The notes under the pieces were generated by a model. The model was not told the origin of the DNA. It was given only the letters and a program-made list of their open reading frames with translations, and did not search any database. From contig NC_057718.1 in assembly GCF_004010195.1 (NCBI RefSeq), positions 103,881,954 through 103,945,953 of the forward strand: 64,000 bases of DNA, read 5' to 3'. The DNA is from Chiloscyllium plagiosum (Eukaryota). The position numbers were made by a program, and so were the translations under genes. This document shows, piece after piece, positions 49,925 to 62,139 of this stretch. Position 1 is the stretch's first letter. Each line of letters starts with the position of its first letter.

Positions 49925-50360
49925 TGTCCAATGGGTAGCTTTCTTAACTCTGAATCAGAAAGAAGGTCACAGATTCACAATCCAGCTCAGAATCTAGATT
50001 GAAACTGACAGTCAGCACTGAGAAGGTACTGCATTATTGCAAGTGCTATATTTTAGATAAGACAGGAAACTGCATCCTCGTCTGTTCTTTCAGATCAACG
50101 TAAAATATCCCTGGTATTTTTCAGAGAGGAGTCGGGAGATTTCCCACATACTCCAGCCAATACTTATCACATGACCAATTTCACCAAAACAGATTGTCTG
50201 ATCATGAATCACATTTCTATTTCAGGGAGACTGACTGTTCACTAAGTGCCTGCCACATTCCTACATTGCGACAATATCTGCCTTTCAAGAATAGGTCATT
50301 GGCTATAAATTGCCTTGGGACGTCTTGAGATCCAGAGAGGTGGTGTAATTGCAAATTCTC
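49925..50360 (+). mobile_element. Deu-domain SINE (SacSINE1/AmnSINE1-like), near full length, diverged
   Basis: cagcactgagaaggtactgcatt..acgtaaaatatccctgg..gccaatacttatc..aaaacagattgtctgatcat..cattggctataaattgccttgggacgtcttgag. Confidence 0.8.
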
Positions 50361-50761
50361 CTGTTCCAAGTGAAACACAACAATGTGGAGATTGTCAGGC
50401 GAAACAAACTGGCATTGTCGATTCTGGACTGGGTCAACAATTACTGAGCACAAAGCAAAACAAATTAAGAATGTTAACGAGGAGTCATGCTCTCTGCAAC
50501 CACATGCTTTTACATGAAGAGTGTTCATTCAGTAAACATTACAGCCAGAGACAGACATCAAATTTAATTTCAATAACATTACTCGCATGTATTGCTTCCT
50601 CAGCCTTCATTACATTAATAATCATGGTTCCATCAATTGGGATATTTTGGAACTAGAACGTTATTAAATGATTCAGTTATCAGAAGGCTGGCACGGTGAG
50701 GTTACTCATTTTCAGCTTCGCCATGTTGGCAGAACCAGAGACATTTTTCACACCCCCCCAA

Positions 50762-51000
50762 TGTTACAAAGTCATAAGTGCCCTGTGTGATTGGGTGGTT
50801 AATAACTCCAGTCCCACAGGGTCTCTATTTTGGGATAACATGATTATAAACTCCCTGTTCCCAAAGAAAAGCTTAAGGTGGATTACAGACCTAAAAGAAA
50901 GTTACTAGAATCAAAAATGAAAGTTTTAGTTTGTAGAGTTTGCCCTTGAGCATTCTCAGTTTCCTTTCTCTTGAATAAGAATAAAGTGGAATTTGTAACA
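50762..51000. mobile_element. 239-bp TG...CA element with terminal inverted repeats
   Basis: tgttacaaagtc and gaatttgtaaca are an 11/12 inverted match; AATAAA at ~50980; TSD not clear. Confidence 0.5.
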
Positions 51001-52151
51001 GTAATCATGAGATATTATAAGCAATCTGACACTCATAATTATTGAAGCTGTTTCACTGGTGGAGTCATACATCAGGAGTTCTCAGAGTGATCTTGCAATG
51101 ATGGTTGTAAACTCTGTGCGCCTGGTTGCATATGAAACTTCCCATCAATCTGTTTGCTAGTGTTATGGCACCTCAACAAGAAATTCTGAGCAATACAATC
51201 ATGATGTGTTAAGTTGGTAAGGTGCTTGGTTGGTTGGTTATGTCCCACTTGATTTCATGCTCTTAAAGTTTCAAATGCTTCTTTTGCAAAACAATGAAGA
51301 AACTTGAAACAGGAGGAGTCTATTCAGCCCCTCAAGTCTGTTCAATACTCAACTGGACAATGGGTGGTCTGTATTCAAACACTATTTACGTGCCTTGGTT
51401 CCTTTCTCCTTACTCCCCTTGTCTGACAAACATCTGTCAATCTCAGTTTGAAGTGTTTGATTAACCACCCAGCCTTGAGGGAGGAAGTTCCAGGTTTTCA
51501 CAAAGTGTGTACAAGATAATGATTCGGAAAGGGATAAATAGGGGTCACACATTTAAAACAGAAATTAGACGTGTTCTTGTCTCTCAGAGGGTCATGAGCC
51601 TTTAAGCTACAAGGGAGGGGCATGTGGAGGGTTTCTAAATAATAGTGAAAATAGAAAGACAGACGAGCATGGTTTTGAGTCTGAAAATAATAAGTTAATT
51701 AGAAAAGGGAGACAAGAGCAAGTCAGAAAACAAGGAAACTCCAAAGAATTGGACTGCATTTATTTCAATGCAAGGGGTCTTGCTGATAAGGCTGATGAAC
51801 TCAAGAGATATATAGGAACATGGGACTATTACTTGGCTGAGGGAAGAACAGGACTGGCAGCTCAATGTTCTGTGTTCTAAATGCTATCAGGTGGATAGAA
51901 AGAGAGGCAGGAGAGATGGGGTAGTGGTGTTTTTGATTAAAGTAAACATTACTACTGTACTTAGGATATTTCTGAGGGATTGTCCAAGAAAGCTATATGG
52001 ATAGAACTTAGAAATAAGGAAGGAATGATCACCTGGATGGGATTGTACTATAGGACCTACGATAGTCAGAGGCAAACTGAGGAGCAATAATGTAGAGAGA
52101 GATCTCAGACATATGTAAGAATAGTAGGATTGTAACAGTAGGGGATTTTAG

Positions 52152-53478
52152 TTCAGAAAGTGAGGACTGCAGATGCTGGAGATCAGAGCTGAAAATGTGT
52201 TGCTGGAAAAGCGCAGCAGGTCAGGCAGCATCCAAGGAACAGGAGAATCAACGTTTCGGGCATAAGCCCTTCTTCAGGCTTTCCTGAAGAAGGGCTTATG
52301 CCTGAAGCNNNNNNNNNNNNNNNNNNNNNNNNNNNNNNNNNNNNNNNNNNNNNNNNNNNNNNNNNNNNNNNNNNNNNNNNNNNNNNNNNNNNNNNNNNNN
52401 NNNNNNNNNNNNNNNNNNNNNNNNNNNNNNNNNNNNNNNNNNNNNNNNNNNNNNNNNNNNNNNNNNNNNNNNNNNNNNNNNNNNNNNNNNNNNNNNNNNN
52501 NNNNNNNNNNNNNNNNNNNNNNNNNNNNNNNNNNNNNNNNNNNNNNNNNNNNNNNNNNNNNNNNNNNNNNNNNNNNNNNNNNNNNNNNNNNNNNNNNNNN
52601 NNNNNNNNNNNNNNNNNNNNNNNNNNNNNNNNNNNNNNNNNNNNNNNNNNNNNNNNNNNNNNNNNNNNNNNNNNNNNNNNNNNNNNNNNNNNNNNNNNNN
52701 NNNNNNNNNNNNNNNNNNNNNNNNNNNNNNNNNNNNNNNNNNNNNNNNNNNNNNNNNNNNNNNNNNNNNNNNNNNNNNNNNNNNNNNNNNNNNNNNNNNN
52801 NNNNNNNNNNNNNNNNNNNNNNNNNNNNNNNNNNNNNNNNNNNNNNNNNNNNNNNNNNNNNNNNNNNNNNNNNNNNNNNNNNNNNNNNNNNNNNNNNNNN
52901 NNNNNNNNNNNNNNNNNNNNNNNNNNNNNNNNNNNNNNNNNNNNNNNNNNNNNNNNNNNNNNNNNNNNNNNNNNNNNNNNNNNNNNNNNNNNNNNNNNNG
53001 AATCCCTCCAGCCCGGCACTGCCTTCCTGACCTGTAGTCTTCTTCTTGACCTCTCCGCCTCCATCCTACTCCGACCTATCACCCACACGTTGACCTCTTT
53101 CCACCTATCACATTTAGCAGTCTTCTTCTTGACCTGCAGTCTTCTTCTTGACCTCTCTGCCTCCATCCTACTCCGACCTATCACCCACACGTTGACCTCT
53201 TTCCACCTATCACATTTAGCAGTCTTCTTCTTGACCTGCAGTCTTCTTCTTGACCTCTCTGCCTCCATCCTACTCCGACCTATCACCCACACGTTGACCT
53301 CTTTCCACCTATCACATTTCCAACTCCCCTCCTCCAAGTCCCTCCTCCCTACCTTTTATCTTCTCCTGCTGAACACTCTCTGCTCATTCCTGAAGAAGGG
53401 CCTGTGCCCGAAATGTCGAATCTCCTGTTCCCTGGATGCTGCCTGACCTGCTGTGCTGTTCCAGCAATAAAGTTTCAA
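52152..53478. mobile_element. PLE with inverted termini, N gap and a 102-bp tandem triplication (~53020-53320)
   Basis: Left arm aaaatgtgttgctggaaaagcgcagcagg is inverted against right arm cctgctgtgctgttccagcaataaagttt. Confidence 0.85.
53386..53421 (+). ncRNA. Minimal type I hammerhead ribozyme motif (PLE-borne)
   Basis: attc-CTGAAGA-a-gggc ctgt gccc-GAAA-tg-TC-gaat; stems I and II fully paired; GUC cleavage triplet. Confidence 0.7.
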
Positions 53479-54185
53479 GTTTGGTATGCTTTCCTTTATT
53501 GGTCGGAGCACTGAGTACAGGAGTTGGGAGGTCATGTTGCGGCTGTATAGGACATTGGTTAGGCCACTGTTGGAATATTGTGTGCAATTCTGGTCTCCTT
53601 CCTATCGGAAAGATGTTGTGAAACTTGAAAGAGTTCAGACAAGATTTACAAGGATTTTGCCAGGTTTGGAGGAATTGAGCTATAGGGAGAGGCTGAATAG
53701 GCTGGGGCTGTCAGAGGCTGAGGGGTGACTATAGAGGTTTATAAAATCATCAGGGGCATAAATAGACAAGGTATTTTCCCTGGGGTGGTGGAGTCCAGAA
53801 CTAGAGGGCATAGGTTTAGGGTGAGAGGGGAAAGATATAAAAGGGACCTAAGGGGCAACTGTTTCACACAAATGGTGGTGTGTATATGCAATGAGCAGTC
53901 AGAGGAAGTGGTGGATTCCTGAAGAAGAGTTTATGCCCAAAACGTCGATTCTCCTGCTCCTTGGATGCTGCCTGACCTGCTGCGCTTTTCCAGCAACACA
54001 TTTTTCAGAGGAAGTGGTGGAGGCTGGTACAATTACAGCATTTAAAAGGCAACTGGATGGGTATATGAATAGGAAAGGTTTAGAGGGATACGGGCAAAGT
54101 GCTGGCAAATGGGTCTAGATTAGGTGAGGATATCTGGTCGGCATGGATGAATTGGACCGAAGGCTCTGCATCTCTATGACTCTAA
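53479..54185 (+). mobile_element. Young CR1 3' end containing an 89-bp PLE insert (53916-54004)
   Basis: ORF 53486..53728; TSD tcagaggaagtggtgga at 53899-53915 and 54005-54021. Confidence 0.93.
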
Positions 54186-55287
54186 GTGTATCCCAGGATG
54201 TTGTGGGAAGTTAGGGTAGAAAATATGGGGCACCGAGGGGGCAAGGATTGATTCTGAATAGTCAATATGATTTTGTGTGACAGAAATCATGTCTTACAAA
54301 CTTGATTGAGTTTTTTGAAGAAATAACCAAAAAGATTGATGAGGGCAGAGCAGTAAACGTTGTTTATTTGGACTTTAGTAAAGCCTTTGATAAGATTCCA
54401 CATGGTAGACTAATTAATAAACCTAGCTCACATGGGATTCAGGGAGAGCTAGCCAATTGGATACAGAATTGGCTTGACAGTAGGAGACAGAGGGTGGTGG
54501 GAGAGGGTTGCTTTTCGGACTGGAGACCTGTGACCTGCAGTGTTCCACAGGGATCAATGTTGGGTCCAGTTTTGTTTGTCATTTATATAAATGATTTGGA
54601 TGAAACTATAGGAGGCATGGTTAGTATGTTTGTGGGTGACACCAAAATTAGTGGGATAGTGGACAGTGAAGAAGGTGATCTAAGATTACAAAGAGATCTT
54701 GATCAATTGGGTCAATGGATTGGGGAGTGGCGGAAGGAGTTTAATTTGCATAAATGTGAGATGTTGCATTTTAGTAAACAACCAAAGATAGGACTTATAC
54801 AGGTAATGGTAGGACCCTGGGTTGTGGAGTAGAACAGAGAGTGGTTCAGGTACATAATTCTTTGAAATTTGTGTTACAGGTAGACAGGTTAAGAAGGTAT
54901 TTATAGAAGTTTATAAGGTCATAAAGGGTGTAGATAAGGTGAATAGCAAGTGTCTTTTCCTACGGTCAGAGGGTTCAAAATTAGGGGCTCCATTTTTAAG
55001 GTGAGAGGGGAAAGATTTTAAAAAGACACGAAGTGCAACTTTTTAACATAGAGAGTAATTTGTGTTTGGAATGTGCTGCCAGAGGAAGTGGTAGATATAG
55101 GTACAGTCACAATATTTAAAAGAGATTTGGATAAGTATATGAATAAAAAGGGTTTAGAGGGATATGGGCCAAGTGGGTGTGGTTTAGTTTGGGAAATGGG
55201 GTTGGCATGAACTAGTTGGAGCAAAGGGTCTGTTTCCGTGCTTGATGCCTCGATACCTCTCTTCCTGAATAGGTGCTCGAAGCCGAG

Positions 55288-55560
55288 TGATAGAGCTCTA
55301 CAGCAGGGAAACAGGCTCCTTGGCCCAACTTGTCCATGCCAACCAGATTTCCCAAACTAACAAACTAAACTAGTCCCATTTGCCTGCATTTGGTCCATAT
55401 CCCTCTAAACCTTTCCTATCCATGCACCGGCCCAAATGTCTTTTAAATGTTGCAATTGTACCAGCCTCTGCTATTTCTTCTGGCAGTTCATTCCATATAC
55501 GTATTACCCTCTGTGTGAAAAAATTGTTCCTCGGGGCCTTATTAAAACTCCTCCCAATCT
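55288..55560 (-). mobile_element. CR1 LINE 3' end
   Basis: Reverse complement of the tail at 55000-55255. Confidence 0.9.
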
Positions 55561-57029
55561 CAGGAGCAGAAAAATCCCCATTGTAATACAGTTTAAGATT
55601 GTTGTTACAGCTTAACCAATGGGATTTAGTTCTGTTTCATTGTTGTAAGCATTCTACTCCTCTTTCATGATATCTAGGATTGCATTAGCATTTTTGTGTA
55701 CTTTTGTGACCTTGCCCACCTTCCCAAAAAACTGGGACGTGAGCCATGGAAAGAGGAGCTGGAGTAGACCATTTGGCCCATCAACCCTGCTGCTTTATTC
55801 AGTAAGATGCTAGTTGAATTAACCCACACACTTTCCTGCTCTACCCTGATATGTGTTAATTCCTGTTGTAACCCATACCTTGTGCCCCACTGTCCAGGCT
55901 ACATTTCACAATGACATGACAGAAATAAGTCTCAACAGAACTTGCAAATCAATCTCTTTTATTCACCCTACCGTACTGTATGGATTATATAGGGGTCCCC
56001 ATGAATCTTAATAGCAGCTGAACGTAAGCTATGGGACGCTCCGTGTTCACAGTAAGGACCAGGAGGGGTGGTGAACATGTTGATATTCAAGGCAATCAAA
56101 ACAAAATCCCAATACATGCAGATCACGAGTTCCTGTTTTGACCCAATGACTAAAGATCCCCCATAACAGAGAATGATTGATGAGCACAGCATCTGCTTTA
56201 GTTGTAAAATTAACAGCAATAAAAGCAAGACCAGGCCTCTGATGAGATGAACAAGGGACAGATTTTATTTCAGCCTCTGATTTTATTAGATGGAGAATGC
56301 ACTCCATTACCAGGAGATCAATATTCCCCAATCGACAGACAGTTTCTTCACTGAAATGGGATGGTTTGGACTAACCTCCTGAAAGTAAGCTTTCTGTTCT
56401 ATTATCTCACCTTTCCTTCTGGTGTTACAGAAACTCACTCCCCTGTTACTTACCTGGAACCCAGAAAGGAGTATCAGACGTCTCATATCCAAACGAGAAA
56501 GGAACCATGCTGTTAATTTAAAGGATTGCAAACTCTAGAACTTTCTAGAGGTTTGAAGCATCTGTCTTTTTCGCAGGGGGAATCTCTGCCATGGATGGAT
56601 CAACCTGTAGTTAACTCAATTAACCTGCAGTTAACTCTGCTCCTCTGTCACAACCCTTCCACCTCGTACCCCTTCAGGTGGTTCCAACTATTTCTTGCAA
56701 CAAACTTAAGACATATTTCATGCGCTGGACCAGGCACAGATTTCCATCTCATTGACTGGGCCACATGCCTGGAGGTAAGGTACAGCAAGCCACATCATAA
56801 CTATTACACAGCGAGGACCAAAGAACTAAATGGCTAACTGCCTCAGAAAGTTGTTCCTCACTCCGTCTCCCCATCTCTCCCCAGGCAGACATATGCAGCT
56901 AATTCAGGGACAGTGATCAGGAGCCTCCTCAGTCCAAAGCCACTCAGACTCCACTCTTCCCTTGGCCGACCATTTTCATAAAGTTTTAGAAGGCCATTCA
57001 GCCCATCAGGTCTGCACCAGCTCTTCAAA

Positions 57030-57500
57030 TGAATGAAGTTGTACACTTTGGTGTGAAAAATAAGAAGGCAGAGTATTATTTAAATGGTGATATATTGGGA
57101 AGTGTGGATAGTACAAAGGGATTTGGTGCCCTTGTACACAGGTCAATGAAAGTAGACAGGCAGGTTCAGCAAGCATTGAGATGGTAAATGTTGTATTGGC
57201 CTTCACTGCAAGAGGATTTGAGTTCTGAAGCAGGGATGTCCACCTACAGTTATACAGGGCCTTGATCAGACCACAGCTAGAGTATTGTGTGCAGCCTTGG
57301 TCTCACCATCTAAGAAACGATAGGCCTTCTCTCGGAGGAGTGCAGAGGACCCGACTGATACAGGGGATGGAAGGGCTGTCTTGTGAGGACAAAGGGGATG
57401 GAAGGGCTGTCTTGTGAGGACAAAGGGGCAGCATTCTGAAAGCTTGTGATTTCAAATAAACCTGGTGGATTATAACCTGGTGTTGTGTGACTCCTGACCC
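57030..57500 (+). mobile_element. CR1 RT fragment, 31-bp tandem duplication, then a PLE terminal fragment (57425-57500)
   Basis: gagtattgtgtgcagccttggtctcac; gaaagcttgtgatttcaaataaacctggtggattataacctggtgttgtgtga. Confidence 0.75.
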
Positions 57501-58489
57501 ATTCCAGGGTAGTATCGCCGACAATTATAGCTCAACTGAATTTGGGGATCTTCCTAATCTGGGCAGCTCAGTTCTACCTCCCCCTTGAACAATAAATTCA
57601 AATGAATGACCGTGGGAGCTATTTTTCTATTCATTATTTTTTCAAAATCATGTCAGCTGATGGCTGCCTAATCTGAATGTAAATCCTATTTAATTAAATT
57701 AAGAACCCATTGGCTCTCAGGAAAAATCATTCACTTACAGCAGATGCTTGTTTAACAGAGGTGGCTGAGAGGACAGGTCTCATTTAGTTGTAATGTTAAC
57801 ATTCACGACCAGTCAGAAACATTCAACTAAGAGACCATTGTTTTAAAAAGTACATTTTCATTATCCCACAAAATTACCTCAATTATCTCACAAAAAAATT
57901 ACCCAAAAAAATGGAATAACGGAACAAAAATAGACACATTACTTTTATGATTATCAAAAAATGAATCAATTTTATCTCTTAATTTGTCAATCATAAAACT
58001 GCTGCAGCCGTAATTACTAATCATATTGTCATTCTCCTTTCTACACTAATCACACATCAATATCCAGGCAACCAGTTTCCATCAGAATTAATCTACATGC
58101 AGATGAATTAATTTTACTTTGCCACTAATCAAATTACCCCACTCAACTATATCCTCTTGGCCGAGTAATTTTCTTTTCACGCTGGAAATTTGCGATTACA
58201 ATTCAAAAACACTTAGGGTTGACAATGCAAGCAACTTAGATTGTGCCCTTTGCATTGAAATGGGTTTTAAAACACCAGAATGTGAGGATATTGCCTTTTC
58301 TTTTGTTCCTGTGCTTGCTGCAGACAAAAACCTGTCCCCACGCATCTTGGAATTCCCAGAATCTTCAACCTGGAAATAAATAAGAATTTTTGTCCAGTAC
58401 TGACTAAGGCAGGAGTTCATGTGCTGCCTCAGATACCCTCCCAACTCCCTACAATCTCACAGACCTAACCTCACGGCAGTTTATCCAGT

Positions 58490-59170
58490 TTACCCTCCCA
58501 GCTCCCTCCTCTCCCAGCTCTCTCCCCTCCCAGTTCCCTACCCTCCTGGCTCCCTCTTCTCCAACTCCCTCCCCTCCCATCTCCCTCCTCTCCCGGCTCC
58601 CTCTCCTCCCATCTCCCTCTCCTCCCGNNNNNNNNNNNNNNNNNNNNNNNNNNNNNNNNNNNNNNNNNNNNNNNNNNNNNNNNNNNNNNNNNNNNNNNNN
58701 NNNNNNNNNNNNNNNNNNNNNNNNNNNNNNNNNNNNNNNNNNNNNNNNNNNNNNNNNNNNNNNNNNNNNNNNNNNNNNNNNNNNNNNNNNNNNNNNNNNN
58801 NNNNNNNNNNNNNNNNNNNNNNNNNNNNNNNNNNNNNNNNNNNNNNNNNNNNNNNNNNNNNNNNNNNNNNNNNNNNNNNNNNNNNNNNNNNNNNNNNNNN
58901 NNNNNNNNNNNNNNNNNNNNNNNNNNNNNNNNNNNNNNNNNNNNNNNNNNNNNNNNNNNNNNNNNNNNNNNNNNNNNNNNNNNNNNNNNNNNNNNNNNNN
59001 NNNNNNNNNNNNNNNNNNNNNNNNNNNNNNNNNNNNNNNNNNNNNNNNNNNNNNNNNNNNNNNTCACCTCCCAGCTCCCTCACCTCCCAGCTCCCTCTCC
59101 TCCCCTCCCCCTCCCCTCCATCTCCCTCACCTCCCAGCTCCCTCCTCTCCCGGCTCCCTCCTCTCCCTTG
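58490..59170. repeat. CT-rich low-complexity repeat spanning an N gap
   Basis: ctcccagctccctc-type units. Confidence 0.9.
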
Positions 59171-59489
59171 ACTCTGGCGGAATCCTTCCCTCATCCTTAT
59201 CCTCTGTAATTAGGGTTTGACAGTAGCTGTCAAAAGGCTTGCCTACCAATCAGATCCTTAAAGGTTCAGGGTTATCAAGCTGACTGTATAATAAAGGTGA
59301 TCTGATTAGTTTCCCTTGACTGTTCTGCAGTGTGGGGCACCTGCCACATTTAAAGTACAGCTCCACATTTCTGAAGGAGCCCTGATCGAAGCCCCCCATC
59401 GGAAATGCAGAGCTCTTCCATCATTTAGAGGAGCAGGAGCAGTGGCGATGAGTGAGGGATACCCATTCCTCGGGCAATCCATCTCTACC

Positions 59490-59590
59490 CTTTTGCGGAA
59501 GGGTCACTCGATCCGAAACATTAATTCTGATTATTCTCTGCAGATGCTGCCAGACCTGCTGAGCTTTTCCAGCATCTTCTGTTTTTGTTT
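59490..59590 (+). mobile_element. PLE terminal fragment
   Basis: gggtcactcgatccgaaacattaattctg...gatgctgccagacctgctgagcttttccagca. Confidence 0.8.
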
Positions 59591-60439
59591 CAATCATCCT
59601 GCACTGTGTGAATATTATTAATCAGCCCCACCTTTCCACTTTGTAGATATTATCCCCTGAATAGTCTAAAACCTGATAACAAATCTGGCCATTGGGTTTA
59701 ACTCATCCAAATTGACATCCTGCATAGCGTTAAGTCCTTGTTTAAATCCCTGTTGTGTGTTCCCTACACTGCTTCTCATCTCATTATGCCCCATTAAACA
59801 AGAGCACCCTGAATTTTCATGGAGTCTCTATTTTCCTGGGTCTTTCGCAGTTAGCTCCTATTTAGATGTGTTTCAAAATACGTGACACACAATTTATTTA
59901 TTGATACCTTGCATCAATGTCAACCAAATATGATGTTGGGTTATGGGGTCATTAGGATGCGATGGATGGCTGTGAATATATGTCAAATAGATGGTCCATT
60001 TTGTTTTCCTGTAAAGGTTTTAGGTTCTTCAGACTTTAAGAAGTGAGGTGAGGGGTTATTGGGAGAGGAATTCCAGAATTTCCGGACAAGACAGCTGATG
60101 GACCAGCCCCCAATGACTGAGTGATTAAAACTGGGGATAACACCAGAAACCCTCTCAAGAAAGTGTTAAATGATGGCACATATTAAGAGTCCATCGCCCC
60201 AATCATTGGGAAGAGACAAACATGCTCTTGTCAGCTTTTACGACGATGATTGCACATCTTAATTGTGACAATGAATATGGAAAGAAGCAGATGTTGAACA
60301 GCAAAATATTACAGAGTGTCTCTGATTCATCTGTGCTAACATCATGAATCGCTTACTGGACTAATGATCCAATGAAAATGGTTCAAATCTTATCACGGCA
60401 GTTGAAGAATGTGAGTTAAATGAAATAAATGTGGAATAA

Positions 60440-61540
60440 GACGCTTGTCAGCGATGGTGCTGTGAAACCCATATCCTTTAGAGAAGAGAATCTGCCATCC
60501 TGTTATCCTGGGCCCACAGCTTTGGGGTGACTTCTTAACCACATGGTTGTTTCAGAACACAACACGTGCACTGGGACGAGACAGTGTTTCACCATCACCT
60601 TCTGAGGTCACTTAGGGATGGCCAATAACTGATGGCTTCACCAGTGAGGCCTACATCCTGTAGTTGGATGAAACAAATGGGTGAACTTACTCCAAGAGGT
60701 CTTTTGTTGCAGGATAACAGCGAAGATATTCTTATTCAGAGCATTGATATTCCCTTACTTATTTCACTCATGAGACATGGACATCACTGGCTGGGCCCAG
60801 CATTTATTGCCCGTCCCTAGTTGCCCCTTGAGAAGGTGGACGTGAGCTGCCTTCTTGAACCGCTGCCATCCGTGGACTGTAGGTAGACCCACAATGCCGT
60901 TAGGGAGGAATTCCAGGATTTTGAACCTATGGCACTGAAGGAACAGCAATACATTTCCAAGTCAGGATGGTGGATGGATTTGGAGAGGAACTTGAAGGGG
61001 GTGGTTTTCTTTAAAATCTTCAAACAGTGCCCTTTGGTTCCTCACCCATTCACAAGCAGGAACAGTTTCTTCCTTATCACTTTGGTCAGACCCTTCATGA
61101 TTTTGGAAACTTCTCCAAGGAAAACACTCCCAATTTTTCCAATTTTTCCTCATAGCCGAGTTCCTGATCCCTGGATCCATTCTCCTAAAGCTCTCTCTTC
61201 ATTAGCCTCACATTCTTTCAAGAAGGTTGAGGCCAGAAGTGGATGCAATACTCCAGCTGGGGTCTAACTAGTATCTTCTACAAATGCCACATGACCTCCT
61301 TGCTCCTGCACTCTACGCCACCATTAATAAAGCCTAGAATATTGGATGATTTGTTAACGGCTCTGCCACTTTTAATGATGTATGTACATATAGAACCAGG
61401 TCTCTCTGCTCCTTTCGAATTGTGCCCTTCATTTTTATACTCATTGTCTATGTTCACCTCACACTTCCTACATTAAACTTCATCTGCCCACCTATGTGCC
61501 CACTCCACCAACTTCTCAAAATCCTTTTGAAGTTTTGGGT
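60440..61540. mobile_element. SINE-B remnant (60440-60680, plus), LINE-B 3' end (60760-61010, minus), old CR1 (61010-61540, minus)
   Basis: Homology to other copies in this window. Confidence 0.75.
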
Positions 61541-62139
61541 TCCCTGCCCATAAATGAGGCTATTGGTCTGTGACCCAGATGCCTGTCTGACCATCACTGG
61601 CATGGACACAGTACCTGCCTTCAGGAAGACATTCCAAATCCCTGGGACGGTGGCCTTTCCAGAACCTCCCCTCCTCCCGCTGCCCACCTTCTCCTTGAAC
61701 CTGTCTGGTGCACTGAAAATGTTGTCTGACATTTACTGCTCCTGTGCTCCCTGAATTCGATGTATGTGTCCTGTATCTTGAACCCAATCTCTGGCTGGAA
61801 TCACCGTGGAGATTTTTCCTGTTGGACCTGTCTATTTATCATAGATGTTCTCACCTTAACACCTGGTGTCTGCAGTGTGCCATTTGGGAGCTGTTACCAA
61901 TCAGCAGCCAGGCCTAAAGCTAACACAGTACCAAAGTAGATAATTCAGCAGTTCTACATTTTCACATATCCAGCACCAATTGAGAGCTCAAGGTTTGAGC
62001 TAATATCCACACATAACCCCAAGTGCGCTGGCTATCCTGGACATACCTGCAAGTCATGACTCAAAAAAAGCAAAGATATCTCTCGAGCTGCCAGAAGTTG
62101 GCATTAGCAAATACTTCTTGAGTAAATACTGCCTGCATC

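Larger units (their letters stand above)
51630..55255 (+). mobile_element. CR1 LINE ORF2 (APE 51750-52150; RT and 3' end 54186-55255) hosting nested insertions
   Basis: WQLNV.., GLYYR; ORF 54302..54832 VYLDFSKAFDKIPH, VPQGSMLGP, FVGDTK. Confidence 0.88.
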
